A stretch of DNA of 32,000 nucleotides from an uncultured Candidatus Saccharibacteria bacterium (GCA_964432405.1 CAYSNH010000004.1:10737-42736); one strand, 5' to 3'. Numbered from the stretch's first letter, positions 8,200 through 17,756 are shown. Program-made: numbers and translations. The notes: generated from the letters alone by a model not told the origin.

Positions 8200-9474
8200 A
8201 TGGATCTAATGGAGAAAATTGTTAGTTTAGCTAAGCGCCGAGGCTTTATATTTCCCGGTTCAGAGATTTATGGTGGTCTAGCTAACTCATGGGATTATGG
8301 ACCTTTGGGGGTGGAGTTGAAGAATAATATCAAGCAAGAGTGGTGGAAGCGCTTTGTTCAGAGTCGAGATGATGTTATTGGTATCGAGACCGCCCTTATT
8401 ATGAATCCTAAGGTTTGGGAGTCTTCTGGTCATCTCAAAACTTTTTCTGATCCTTTGGCAGATTGTAAGGGGTGTCGGAGGCGTTTTCGAGCTGATCAAT
8501 TAAAAAATAAAAAGAAGTGTCCTGACTGTGGAGGAGAGCTAACCAAAGCTCGCCAATTCAATTTAATGTTTAAGACTTTTATTGGTCCATCTGAGGAGTC
8601 TTCTAATGTTGCTTATTTTCGACCAGAAACCGCTCAAGGAATGTTTGTTAATTTTGAGCAGGTGATTAATAGCACTCGTAAAAGACTGCCTTTTGGTATT
8701 GCTCAGATTGGAAAGGCTTTTCGTAATGAGATTACTCCCGGCAACTTTATCTTTCGTACGCTTGAGTTTGAGCAAATGGAGATAGAATATTTTATTAAAA
8801 AAGAGGAGTGGGAAAAGCAGTTTGAAAAATGGTTGAAGGAGATGAAGCAATGGATCAAGCATCTAGGAATTGCTAATAAAAATATCGAGGTCATTGATAT
8901 TCCCAAGAAAGAGCTAGCCCACTATTCCAAGAGAACTGTCGATATATTTTACAAATTCCCTTTTGGTCATGAAGAATTATATGGTTTAGCTTATCGTTCT
9001 GACTTTGATCTTAAGAATCACAATCAAAGCTATCAAGACCCTAAAACAGGTAAGCAGTTTACCCCTCATATTATCGAGCCAACTTTGGGAGTTGAGCGAA
9101 CCGTATTGGCGGTAATGGTGGAGTCGTATAAGGAGGAAAGTGTAAAAGGAGAGACGCGAGTTGTGATGAACTTTCCTAATTGGCTAGCACCTTATAAAGT
9201 AGCTATATTGCCTTTATCTAAAAAAACTCCATTAACCAAACTAGCTAAAAGCATATATAAAGATCTCCTCCCTCACTTTACTTGCGAATATGATGAAACG
9301 CAGAGTATTGGTAAGCGTTATCGACGTCAGGATGAGATCGGAACCCCTTTCTGCATTACGGTTGATTTCGATAGCCCTAAGAAGAAAGACGTTACTGTTA
9401 GAGATCGTAACACTATGAAACAAAAGCGCGTTAAAATTAATAAATTACAACAATACTTAAATGAAGCCCTTTAG
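8200..9474 (+). CDS. glyQS: Glycine--tRNA ligase (class II, alpha2 homodimeric type)
   Basis: 424 aa. N-terminus KRRGFIFPGSEIYGGLANSWDYGPLGVELKNNI plus FRNEITPGNFIFRTLEFEQMEIEYF are diagnostic of GlyRS. Confidence 0.95.
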   Translation: MDLMEKIVSLAKRRGFIFPGSEIYGGLANSWDYGPLGVELKNNIKQEWWKRFVQSRDDVIGIETALIMNPKVWESSGHLKTFSDPLADCKGCRRRFRADQLKNKKKCPDCGGELTKARQFNLMFKTFIGPSEESSNVAYFRPETAQGMFVNFEQVINSTRKRLPFGIAQIGKAFRNEITPGNFIFRTLEFEQMEIEYFIKKEEWEKQFEKWLKEMKQWIKHLGIANKNIEVIDIPKKELAHYSKRTVDIFYKFPFGHEELYGLAYRSDFDLKNHNQSYQDPKTGKQFTPHIIEPTLGVERTVLAVMVESYKEESVKGETRVVMNFPNWLAPYKVAILPLSKKTPLTKLAKSIYKDLLPHFTCEYDETQSIGKRYRRQDEIGTPFCITVDFDSPKKKDVTVRDRNTMKQKRVKINKLQQYLNEAL

Positions 9475-10735
9475 CAGAAAGGTTCTTAAAAACGGATTAC
9501 GTATTATTACCGTTCCACAAAAAGACAGTTTATCAGCTACCGTTCTAGTTTTAGTTGAGGCAGGTTCTAAATATGAGACCAAGAGAATCAGTGGCCTTTC
9601 TCACTTTCTAGAACACATGTGTTTTAAGGGCACTTCTAATCGTCCCAGCGCTCTTCACATCACTACCGAGCTAGATCAGTTAGGAGCTCAGTATAACGCT
9701 TTTACCGGTCAGGAGTATACTGGTTATTATGCAAAAGTTCGATCGGAAAAATTAACAGATGCGGTTGATATTATTGCCGACCTGTACAGCAATCCGCTCT
9801 TAAATGAGGAGGAGATTGAAAGAGAGAAGGGCGTTGTTATTGAAGAGATTAATATGTACGAAGATCTTCCACCTCGAAAGGCTCCAGAATTATTTGAAGA
9901 GCTTCTTTATGGTGATCAGCCTGCTGGTTGGCCAATTGGTGGACTTAAAGACGTTATTCGTAAATTAAATAGAAAAGATTTGGTTAAATATCGCAGTCAG
10001 CACTATGTCGCTCAAGCCACCTCTATTGTTGTGGTCGGATCCTTTAATGAGAAGAAGCTGATTAAGCAGCTAGAAGAAGCTTTTGCCAATGTTCCTTCTA
10101 ATAAAAAGTTTGGCAAGGTTAAAACCAGAGAATCTCAGAAAAAACCCCAACTGTCTATTCAGTACAAAAAATCAGATCAGACTCATTTAGTTATTGGCTG
10201 TCGGTCTTTTGCTGAAGATGATGAGAGGCGTTTTGCTCTAAGGGTCATGAATGATATCTTGGGTGGTGGTATGAGCTCTCGTCTTTTTCAAAGAGTCAGA
10301 GAAGAGTTAGGTGCGGCTTATTATGTTCGTTCAGGAGCTAGTCTCTACACAGATCATGGTTATTGGGCCGCTGGTGCTGGAGTTGATCATAAAAAACTTA
10401 ATCTAGTTATCAAGGCCATTCTAGAAGAGATGAGGCGTTTAACTAGAGAGCCTGTTTCCAAAGAAGATCTTCAGCGTGCTAAAGATCATTTGAGCGGTAA
10501 CTTGGTTTTGGGATTGGAGTCGTCTGATGATCTAGCGCTTTTTTATGGCATGCAAGAAATATCTAATAGACCTGTTATGACACCCCAGCAAATTTTAAAG
10601 AAAATTATTGATGTTAAGCCAAATGATATTATGAAGGTGGCTAAGCATATATTTACTAATAAAAAATTAAACTTGGCTTTGATTGGACCAACTAGAAGTA
10701 AGGGTACTTTAATTAAAAATTTGCGTTTTGATTAA
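9461..10735 (+). CDS. M16-family zinc peptidase (insulinase-like)
   Basis: 424 aa. Inverted zinc motif HFLEHMCFKGT (HxxEH). Overlaps the glyQS stop by 14 nt. Confidence 0.85.
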   Translation: MKPFSRKVLKNGLRIITVPQKDSLSATVLVLVEAGSKYETKRISGLSHFLEHMCFKGTSNRPSALHITTELDQLGAQYNAFTGQEYTGYYAKVRSEKLTDAVDIIADLYSNPLLNEEEIEREKGVVIEEINMYEDLPPRKAPELFEELLYGDQPAGWPIGGLKDVIRKLNRKDLVKYRSQHYVAQATSIVVVGSFNEKKLIKQLEEAFANVPSNKKFGKVKTRESQKKPQLSIQYKKSDQTHLVIGCRSFAEDDERRFALRVMNDILGGGMSSRLFQRVREELGAAYYVRSGASLYTDHGYWAAGAGVDHKKLNLVIKAILEEMRRLTREPVSKEDLQRAKDHLSGNLVLGLESSDDLALFYGMQEISNRPVMTPQQILKKIIDVKPNDIMKVAKHIFTNKKLNLALIGPTRSKGTLIKNLRFD

Positions 10736-10756
10736 AAACGAGTTTTAATTTATTTA

Positions 10757-11782
10757 ATGGAGAATAAATCTACCAACGAAGTATTCAGCTGGATAGCTCT
10801 ATGGAGAATAGTGGCTGTCGCTGCTTTTGTTTGGGTTATTTTCAGTGCTCTTAATGTTGTTTTGGCGATCTTTGTTGCTTTTGTTATTGCTGCTGGTTTG
10901 GATGCTCCCGTTAGTTATTTGAGTAAGAAAGGCATTCCTAGAATTCTAGGCACTTTAATATTTTTTATCATCGGTTTATCGTTTTTAGCAGGTTTAGTTT
11001 ATACAATCGTTCCCCTTGCTATCTCCGACTTCACTCAATTATTCCTCAATCTTAAGGATTACGCGGGACCGTTTCTTGATAATTTTCAAGCCGGTGAGAC
11101 TTTAGATATTATCAATCAGAGACTCAATGCTTTTTCAGACACCTTAGTTAGTGGCACCATACCTCTAACATCGGTTATCGGTTCACTTTTTGGCAACATC
11201 TTCTTAGCTATTACTGTACTTATGATCTCTTTTTATCTCACCGTTGGGCAAGATGGAATCGAGCGCTTCTTAGTAGCTGTTCTACCTACCGCTTATGAAG
11301 AGTCAGCTATCGATCTTTATTTAAAAACTAGAAAAAAGATTGGTCAGTGGCTGAAGGGTCAGATGCTATTAAGCCTAGTGATAGGTCTCTTAACTTTCAT
11401 CGGTTTATATTTCCTTGATGTTAAATACGCCCTTCTTCTAGCTTTATTAGCCGGCGTCTTTGAATTGATTCCTTTTGTAGGGCCGGTCTTCAGTGGTGGT
11501 ATAGCGGTCTTGATTGGTCTTTCAACCTCCTTCAATCTCGCCCTTTATGTATTAATACTCTTTGTTATTATTCAGCAATTAGAAAACAACTTACTAGTAC
11601 CAATAGTTATGAAATATACTACCAATCTTAACCCAGCTGCTATTCTGATATCTATTTTGATTGGTGGTACCGTCTTTGGCTTTACCGGTCTAGTTCTTGC
11701 CGTTCCTGCCTCAGTGTTAATTCAAGAGGTTATTGAAAAATGGGCTACGGCCAAGAGAAGAAAAAAAGGTTTGGGCCTATAA
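10757..11782 (+). CDS. AI-2E family transporter (PerM/UPF0118 permease)
   Basis: 341 aa, multi-TM. Conserved C-terminal region LAGVFELIPFVGPV...LLVPIVM typical of the family. Confidence 0.85.
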   Translation: MENKSTNEVFSWIALWRIVAVAAFVWVIFSALNVVLAIFVAFVIAAGLDAPVSYLSKKGIPRILGTLIFFIIGLSFLAGLVYTIVPLAISDFTQLFLNLKDYAGPFLDNFQAGETLDIINQRLNAFSDTLVSGTIPLTSVIGSLFGNIFLAITVLMISFYLTVGQDGIERFLVAVLPTAYEESAIDLYLKTRKKIGQWLKGQMLLSLVIGLLTFIGLYFLDVKYALLLALLAGVFELIPFVGPVFSGGIAVLIGLSTSFNLALYVLILFVIIQQLENNLLVPIVMKYTTNLNPAAILISILIGGTVFGFTGLVLAVPASVLIQEVIEKWATAKRRKKGLGL

Positions 11783-11803
11783 AAAAACCCCGCTAAAGCA
11801 GGG
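11781..11803 (-). terminator. Rho-independent terminator oriented for minus-strand module E
   Basis: Minus-strand reading: CCCTGC-TTTA-GCGGGG followed by TTTTTTT. The mismatch seen on the plus strand becomes a G-U pair on the minus strand. The TAG stop of ORF E lies in the loop. The permease stop is immediately adjacent. Confidence 0.6.
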
Positions 11804-12026
11804 TTGTAACTCTATCTTTTCTGATCAACGTCACCCTTCCTGAGGGTGATTCTTCTATAATGATGAATTGATCTAAAGCAAAAGTTTTTTCCTCGTGCCA
11901 TCTCTGAGGTCTTTTGTACCCATAGATGAAGGCGGTGAGAAAGGAACAGAGCAGACGACGATCTCTTGATCGTACCCAGAGGACGATGTGATCTTCGTCT
12001 TGCAGGTTAAGTTTAAGTTGTTGCAT
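11793..12026 (-). CDS. Orphan 77-aa protein, GC-enriched (module E)
   Basis: The ATG at 12026 is 8 nt after AAGGAG (12040-12035, minus strand). The track TTG at 12032 is only 2 nt from the SD. 30 G+C in line 11941-12000. Own promoter and terminator. No family recognised. Confidence 0.5.
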   Translation of the reverse strand: MQQLKLNLQDEDHIVLWVRSRDRRLLCSFLTAFIYGYKRPQRWHEEKTFALDQFIIIEESPSGRVTLIRKDRVTTLL

Positions 12027-12068
12027 TTTCAACTCTCCTTAGTTGTGTGATTTTAAATTCCAGGCCAT

Positions 12069-12097
12069 ATCATATAATAATTTAATAAAATTGTCAA
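12069..12097 (-). promoter_or_regulatory. Promoter of module E (TTGACA-17-TATGAT, minus strand)
   Basis: Reverse complement gives TTGACA (12097-12092), a 17-nt spacer and TATGAT (12074-12069). Leader of about 30 nt to the SD. Confidence 0.5.
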
Positions 12098-12138
12098 TTC
12101 TGGAAAAAAACCAGCAAAAGAACTATAATCCTTATACA

Positions 12139-13515
12139 ATGTCAAAATTTTATATCACCACCTCAATCGCTTATGTTAACGGAGCGCCTCATATAGGTTT
12201 TGCTTTAGAGTCCGTCCAGGCTGATGCTATCGCTCGTTATCATCGTCAACAAGATGACCAAGTCTTCTTTTTAACTGGTACTGATGAACATGGTGCTAAA
12301 ATATCTCGTACAGCCGAGGCATTAAAGATAACACCTGAGGAGCTAACCGATACGAACGCTGCTAAGTTTAAGGCTCTGAAAGAGTTACTAAACCTTTCCT
12401 GGGATGATTTTATTAGAACTAGCGATAAAGAAAAACATTGGCCAAATGTTGTTAATCTTTGGCACAAGTTAGAAGCTAGGGGTGATATTTATAAAAAGGT
12501 ATACAAAGGTCTTTATTGTGTAGGTCACGAAGCTTTTGTAACGGAGAAGGATCTGGTTGATGGGCAGTGTCGAGATCATCAGAGTAAACCAGAGATTATT
12601 GAAGAAGAAAACTACTTCTTCCGTCTCTCTAAGTACGCTGATCAGATTAAAAGTCTGATAGAGAGCGAAGAGTTAAAAATCTATCCTCAGAGCAGAGCTA
12701 ATGAGATTATCAGCTTTATTAATCAAGGCATTGAGGATATTAGCTTTTCCCGACCCCGAAAAGATCTAAGTTGGGGCATTCCCGTTCCTGGTGATGAAAC
12801 GCAGACTATCTATGTTTGGTGTGATGCTCTTTCCAATTATCTTTCTCAGCCTGATCAGTGGCCAGCCGAGCTGCAAATCATTGGAAAAGATATTTTGCGC
12901 TTTCACGCTCTATTTTGGCCTGCCATGTTACTCTCCGCCAAACTACCTTTACCCAAAGCCCTTTTTGTTCACGGTCACATTACGGTTGATAATCAGAAGA
13001 TGTCTAAAAGCTTAGGGAATGTTATCGATCCGGTAGAGTTAGTGAACAGGTATGGTGTTGATGCTGTCCGTTACTACCTCCTACGAGAAATTCCTCCTTT
13101 TAATGATGGGGATTTTAGTTATAAGAAGTTTGAGGAGCGCTATAACGGTGATCTAGCTAATGGCTTAGGTAACTTTGTTTCTCGAGTTTTTGCCTTGCAG
13201 AAAAGATTAGAGGTTTCGGCTGCTGATAAAAGCTCTGATGATGTTGGTGACTTTATCAAACGAGTACGGGAACAGATGGGCTCTAGAATGGAGCAGTATC
13301 GTCTTAACGAGGCCCTAGAAACTCTCTGGGAGTTGATTAGTCGCGGTGATAAGTATATAAATGAAAAAAAGCCTTGGGAGACGGGTGATAAGAATGCGGT
13401 AGCTAATGCTCGGGAGTTGGTTGATCAGGTTGCAGAATTATTAAAGCCCTTCCTTCCAGAAACAGCAGAAAAAATAATTAAAGGAGAGCCAGGAACTTTA
13501 TTTCCTCGGTTGTAA
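12139..13515 (+). CDS. metG: Methionine--tRNA ligase (short form, no C-terminal tRNA-binding extension)
   Basis: HIGH-type motif (APHIGFALE) and KMSKS (KMSKSLGN). True start is the ATG at 12139 (MSKFYITTSIAYVNG). The 32-codon TTG extension in the track covers the divergent promoter region. TATAAT at 12124-12129 is 9 nt upstream. Confidence 0.95.
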   Translation: MSKFYITTSIAYVNGAPHIGFALESVQADAIARYHRQQDDQVFFLTGTDEHGAKISRTAEALKITPEELTDTNAAKFKALKELLNLSWDDFIRTSDKEKHWPNVVNLWHKLEARGDIYKKVYKGLYCVGHEAFVTEKDLVDGQCRDHQSKPEIIEEENYFFRLSKYADQIKSLIESEELKIYPQSRANEIISFINQGIEDISFSRPRKDLSWGIPVPGDETQTIYVWCDALSNYLSQPDQWPAELQIIGKDILRFHALFWPAMLLSAKLPLPKALFVHGHITVDNQKMSKSLGNVIDPVELVNRYGVDAVRYYLLREIPPFNDGDFSYKKFEERYNGDLANGLGNFVSRVFALQKRLEVSAADKSSDDVGDFIKRVREQMGSRMEQYRLNEALETLWELISRGDKYINEKKPWETGDKNAVANARELVDQVAELLKPFLPETAEKIIKGEPGTLFPRL

Positions 13516-13521
13516 CAGATT

Positions 13522-14328
13522 ATGACTTTATTTGATGCCCATACTCATATTCATTTTCCCGCCTATGATCAAGATCGAGAGGAGGTGATTAAGCGTGCTC
13601 AAGCGGCTGAGGTTAAGATGATTACCGTCGGCACCAATCTAGAGACCTCTCAGGGCGCTATCGCTTTAGCTAATCAGTATCCAGATGATATCTGGGCTAC
13701 CGCTGGCTTTCACCCTGCTCATGCTGGTGAAAATTGGCATCACGATAAGAAGGAGCAAAAGAAATCTCAACAGGAAAGCTTTGATAAAGAAGCTTTGCTA
13801 GCACTAGCTAAAGATGAGCGAGTGGTAGCGATTGGGGAGTGTGGTTTGGATTATTTTCGTGGTCGAGAAAGTGAAGCAGCTCAAAAAGATATTTTTCAAC
13901 AACAGCAGGTGATTGCTCAATCACTTAGCAAGCCTCTTATGATTCACTGTCGCCCTACCTCCAACACTGATGACGCTTATGAGGACCTAGTTGAGTTATT
14001 AAATCCTAATACTCCCACTATTATACATTTCTTTGTTGGTTCAGCTGATGTGGCTAAGAAGTTGTTAGCTAAAAAATGTTACTTTACTTTTGGCGGGGTA
14101 ATTACATTCGTCAGTGACTATAACGAAGTTATCAAGGCGATTCCTTTATCTAATATAATGCTGGAGACCGACGCCCCTTATGTCACCCCTCATCCTCATC
14201 GAGGAAAAAGAAATGAGTCGTCTTATGTAGTTGAGGTGGCTAAAAAAATAGCCGAAATCAAAGATATTGATTATGATGAAGTAGTGGCGCAGACTACTGC
14301 TAACGCAAAGAAAGTTTTTAATATTTAA
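13522..14328 (+). CDS. tatD: TatD-family metal-dependent hydrolase (DNase)
   Basis: 268 aa with the motifs DAHTHIHF, GECGLDYF, MIHCR and LETDAPY. Confidence 0.9.
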   Translation: MTLFDAHTHIHFPAYDQDREEVIKRAQAAEVKMITVGTNLETSQGAIALANQYPDDIWATAGFHPAHAGENWHHDKKEQKKSQQESFDKEALLALAKDERVVAIGECGLDYFRGRESEAAQKDIFQQQQVIAQSLSKPLMIHCRPTSNTDDAYEDLVELLNPNTPTIIHFFVGSADVAKKLLAKKCYFTFGGVITFVSDYNEVIKAIPLSNIMLETDAPYVTPHPHRGKRNESSYVVEVAKKIAEIKDIDYDEVVAQTTANAKKVFNI

Positions 14329-16637
14329 TGAGATACAATCATCAACAAGTAGAAAAGAAGTGGCAAAAGGTTTGGGAGAAGGAAAAGGTTTGGCAAGCCA
14401 ATGACAAATCTAAAAAGAAAAAATATTATTCATTAATTGAATTTCCCTATCCTTCTGGACTTGGTTTGCACGTGGGTCATATAAGGAGTAATACGGCCAT
14501 GGATATAATTTCTCGTAAGAGGAGAATGGAAGGTTATAACGTTCTTTATCCTATCGGCTGGGATGCTTTTGGTCTACCAACCGAAAACTACGCTATCAAA
14601 ACTGGCATCTCACCCCAAAAAGCCACCAAAGAAAATACCGATAATTTTCGTAAGCAATTAAAATCCTTAGGTTTTTCTTTCGATTGGGATCGGGAAATCA
14701 ATACAACCGACCCCAAGTATTATAGATGGACTCAGTGGCTCTTCCTGCAATTCTTCAAACACGGCCTAGCATACAAAGATTCGGTAGCTGTTAACTGGTG
14801 CCCTTCTTGCCTAACTGGTTTAGCTAATGAGGAGGTGGTGGGTGGTAACTGTGATCGTTGTGGTTCAGAGGTAGAGAGAAAACTTAAGAGTCAGTGGATG
14901 CTTCGTATTACCGCTTATGCCGACAAGCTTTTAGATGGTTTGGCGAGCGTTGACTTTTTAGATGAGATAAAAACTCAACAGAAGAATTGGATCGGTCGTT
15001 CTGATGGGCGATTAATTAAATTCCCTATCACCGGTTCCAAATTAGAGATCGATATCTTTACCACTCGTCCCGACACAATCGATGGCGCCACTTATATGGT
15101 CCTAGCTCCCGAGCATCCTTTTATTAGTGAGCTCAAGATTAAGAATGAGAAAGAGGTGGAGCGATATATAAAGAAAGTTCAGAAGAAGAGTGATCGAGAG
15201 CGTCAGGAGAATAAAATCAAGACAGGTATTGAGTTGAAAGGAGTAAAGGTTGTTAATCCTTATAACAACAAGAAGATTCCAGTCTGGGTTTCCGATTATG
15301 TATTAATCGGCTATGGCACTGGAGCTATCATGGCCGTCCCTTTTCATGATGAGCGAGATAGAGAATTTGCTGAGAAGTTTAAGTTACCTATCGAAGATCG
15401 TCCTTTAGTTACTAAAAAAAGAGAGTGGCCGGGCAAGTCTCAAATCAATTACAAACTTAAAGATTGGGTCTTCTCACGCCAACGTTACTGGGGCGAGCCT
15501 ATTCCTATTGTTAATTGTAAGAGTTGTGGCTTTGTGCCTGTTCCAGAAAAAGACCTTCCTATCAAATTGCCTAAGGTTGATAGTTATCGACCACGACCTG
15601 ATGGTCAATCACCGCTAGCCTCTGTTGCTAGCTGGGTAGATGTGAAGTGTCCTAATTGTAAAGGAAAGGCTCGGCGAGAAACTGATACCATGCCTAACTG
15701 GGCGGGTTCTAGTTGGTATTTCTTGCGTTACACCGACTCTCAAAATAATAAAGAATTTGCTGATAAGAAAAAGTTGAAATACTTTATGCCAGTTGATTGG
15801 TATAACGGTGGTATGGAGCACGTCACCTTACACCTCCTCTATTCTCGTTTCTGGAACATCTTTCTTCACGACGTCGGTCTAGTTCCTTGTTCTGAGCCGT
15901 ACAAGAAGAGAACCGCTCACGGTATGATTTTAGGAGAGGGTGGTGAAAAGATGGCTAAGTCTAAAGGCAACGTTATTAACCCAGATGGAGTGGTTAAAAA
16001 GTTTGGAGCAGATTCGCTTCGTCTTTATGAGATGTTCATGGGTCCTTTTGATGAAGCTATTCCATGGGACGACCAAGGAGTGATTGGTACCAGTCGCTTT
16101 ATTAATCGTGTTTATAATATTGGCATGAAAGTGGCTCAGCATAAATCAAAAGCCTCTATCGACAAGGAGTTGGAAAAGCTACTTCATCAAACTATAAAGA
16201 AGGTTAGTCAGGACATTGAACTAATGCGCTTCAATACCGCTATCTCCACCATGATGATTTTTATTAATGAGGTAGAGAAGCACAGCTCTCGAACTGTGAT
16301 CGGTCAGAAATTCTTCTCAGATTTTCTTAAATTACTCTTTCCTTTTGCTCCACATCTGTCACAGGAGCTCTGGAAGGCCGTTGGCAACGACGATTTATTA
16401 GATTTTAAGGCTTGGCCTAAGTGGAAGGAAGGTCTAACTGTTGAGGAGCGATTTGAGCTGATTATACAGATTGATGGTAAGTTGCGAGGTACAGTGGTTG
16501 TTAAGAAGGGATTAAGCAAAAAGGAGGCGATAAAGTTGGCTAATGATCACAAGGTGGTTAAGGGCTATTTAGAAGGGCAGAAAATCAAGAAGGTGATTTT
16601 TGTACCTGATAGGTTAATTAACTTCATTATTGGTTGA
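14328..16637 (+). CDS. leuS: Leucine--tRNA ligase
   Basis: 769 aa. HIGH-type motif (GLHVGHIRS), CP1 editing motifs (TTRPDT, GTGAIMAVPFHDERD), KMSKS-type motif (KMAKSKGN). Its ATG overlaps the tatD stop codon by 1 nt (TAATG). Confidence 0.95.
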   Translation: MRYNHQQVEKKWQKVWEKEKVWQANDKSKKKKYYSLIEFPYPSGLGLHVGHIRSNTAMDIISRKRRMEGYNVLYPIGWDAFGLPTENYAIKTGISPQKATKENTDNFRKQLKSLGFSFDWDREINTTDPKYYRWTQWLFLQFFKHGLAYKDSVAVNWCPSCLTGLANEEVVGGNCDRCGSEVERKLKSQWMLRITAYADKLLDGLASVDFLDEIKTQQKNWIGRSDGRLIKFPITGSKLEIDIFTTRPDTIDGATYMVLAPEHPFISELKIKNEKEVERYIKKVQKKSDRERQENKIKTGIELKGVKVVNPYNNKKIPVWVSDYVLIGYGTGAIMAVPFHDERDREFAEKFKLPIEDRPLVTKKREWPGKSQINYKLKDWVFSRQRYWGEPIPIVNCKSCGFVPVPEKDLPIKLPKVDSYRPRPDGQSPLASVASWVDVKCPNCKGKARRETDTMPNWAGSSWYFLRYTDSQNNKEFADKKKLKYFMPVDWYNGGMEHVTLHLLYSRFWNIFLHDVGLVPCSEPYKKRTAHGMILGEGGEKMAKSKGNVINPDGVVKKFGADSLRLYEMFMGPFDEAIPWDDQGVIGTSRFINRVYNIGMKVAQHKSKASIDKELEKLLHQTIKKVSQDIELMRFNTAISTMMIFINEVEKHSSRTVIGQKFFSDFLKLLFPFAPHLSQELWKAVGNDDLLDFKAWPKWKEGLTVEERFELIIQIDGKLRGTVVVKKGLSKKEAIKLANDHKVVKGYLEGQKIKKVIFVPDRLINFIIG

Positions 16638-16662
16638 CAAAAGGGTTAATAATGGTTAAAAT
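16634..16662 (+). promoter_or_regulatory. Putative promoter (TTGACA-17-TAAAAT) overlapping the leuS stop
   Basis: TTGACA at 16634-16639, TAAAAT at 16657-16662. The signal-peptide ATG at 16670 is 7 nt downstream with no SD. Confidence 0.4.
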
Positions 16663-16669
16663 ATGGCCG

Positions 16670-17707
16670 ATGAAAAATATAAAGGTTTTCGCGGCCATTT
16701 TAATTTTAAGCAATATGTTTATGGGCTTAACAGCTCATGCTTATCATGAATATTATTACCGACCCGAATGGAATCCGGTAACTTATAATTCTGCTCCAAG
16801 ATGGAATGCTGAGACCGTTAAATATGCTCACGTTGGTCAAAATATGACATTTACCGTTTCTGCTAATGATGTTGACGGTGATCGTCTATCTTATTACGGT
16901 ATGTTCTTACCAATAGGAGCTCGTTTTGACAGTCATAGTAGAACTTTTACTTGGACCCCTAGAAAGACTGGAACTTATGATCTACAATTCCGAGTTTATG
17001 ATGGTGGTTATAGTCACTCTGATCTTTATGTTACCGTTGTTGTTGGTAATAGATTGCCAGAGTTTAACAATATAACTCCAGTTGATTATGACTATCCTAC
17101 ACATAATCCAACCAATCCTTCTAGTACTTATTTAAACTTTGTTAACTTTAATCCAGTTAGTACCGCTACTGAGAACCAGCTTTACACTTACACGGTTCAG
17201 ACGAATAGTAGCCATAAGGTAATATACTCTTTACCAAGAGCTCCTCAGGGAATGACCATTAACCCAGACCTAGGTATTATTATCTGGCTACCAAATCAGA
17301 ATCAGGCTCAGCTAGCTCCTTATTTGGTAACGGTTAAAGCTACCAATGGTTATCAGGACATTCAGCTCAACTACAATCTAACTGTTGGTGAGGGTGGTAC
17401 GATCACTCCTCAGCCAAAACCAGATCCTACCCCTCAGCCTACCCCTGGTCCTGTAGTACCAGATGAGCCAGCTGATGATAAGGATGATCAAGACGAAGTT
17501 GAAACTGATGAAGATAAGACAGGTTTTCTAGCTAGCATATTTATTGCTGGTATAGACTTCCTCTTTAGTCCTTGGTTCTTGCTCTTCTTAATCTTTTTAC
17601 TTCTAATACTTTTATTTCTTTGCAAAAGAAAAGGTAAAGGAGAAAAGCAATTAATTGCTTTCATGGAAGAGAGAGATAAAATGGAAGATAAAGAGTTAGA
17701 GGAATAA
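16670..17707 (+). CDS. Secreted surface protein with cadherin-like / putative Ig (He_PIG-type) domains, Pro-rich acidic stalk and C-terminal TM anchor
   Basis: Signal peptide MKNIKVFAAILILSNMFMGLTAHA. VSANDVDGDRLSY...FTWTPRKTGTYDLQFRVYDG resembles cadherin-like Ig repeats. PQPKPDPTPQPTPGP linker and a DE-rich stretch. Hydrophobic C-terminus followed by KRKGKGEK. Confidence 0.65.
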   Translation: MKNIKVFAAILILSNMFMGLTAHAYHEYYYRPEWNPVTYNSAPRWNAETVKYAHVGQNMTFTVSANDVDGDRLSYYGMFLPIGARFDSHSRTFTWTPRKTGTYDLQFRVYDGGYSHSDLYVTVVVGNRLPEFNNITPVDYDYPTHNPTNPSSTYLNFVNFNPVSTATENQLYTYTVQTNSSHKVIYSLPRAPQGMTINPDLGIIIWLPNQNQAQLAPYLVTVKATNGYQDIQLNYNLTVGEGGTITPQPKPDPTPQPTPGPVVPDEPADDKDDQDEVETDEDKTGFLASIFIAGIDFLFSPWFLLFLIFLLLILLFLCKRKGKGEKQLIAFMEERDKMEDKELEE

Positions 17708-17710
17708 TAA

Positions 17711-17735
17711 AAGAAGCGGCTCAGCCGCTTCTTTT
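17711..17735. terminator. Bidirectional intrinsic terminator between convergent genes
   Basis: AAGAAGCGGC / GCCGCTTCTT perfect inverted repeat, flanked by an A-run upstream and a T-run downstream. Confidence 0.7.
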
Positions 17736-17756
17736 ATTATCTTTTATAAACTAAAA

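Noticed and set aside
12043-12138. TTG-initiated 32-codon N-terminal extension of metG in the ORF track
   Set aside because: The extension covers the divergent promoter region of module E. MetRS homologs begin near MSKFYITT, and TATAAT lies 9 nt upstream of the ATG at 12139.
16634-16669. Upstream TTG/ATG starts for the cadherin-like protein; likewise 21465 for pilM, 30531 for the third minor pilin, 5349 for module B and 12032 for module E
   Set aside because: The extensions precede the signal peptide or conserved N-terminus, overlap promoter elements, or sit too close to or on top of the SD.
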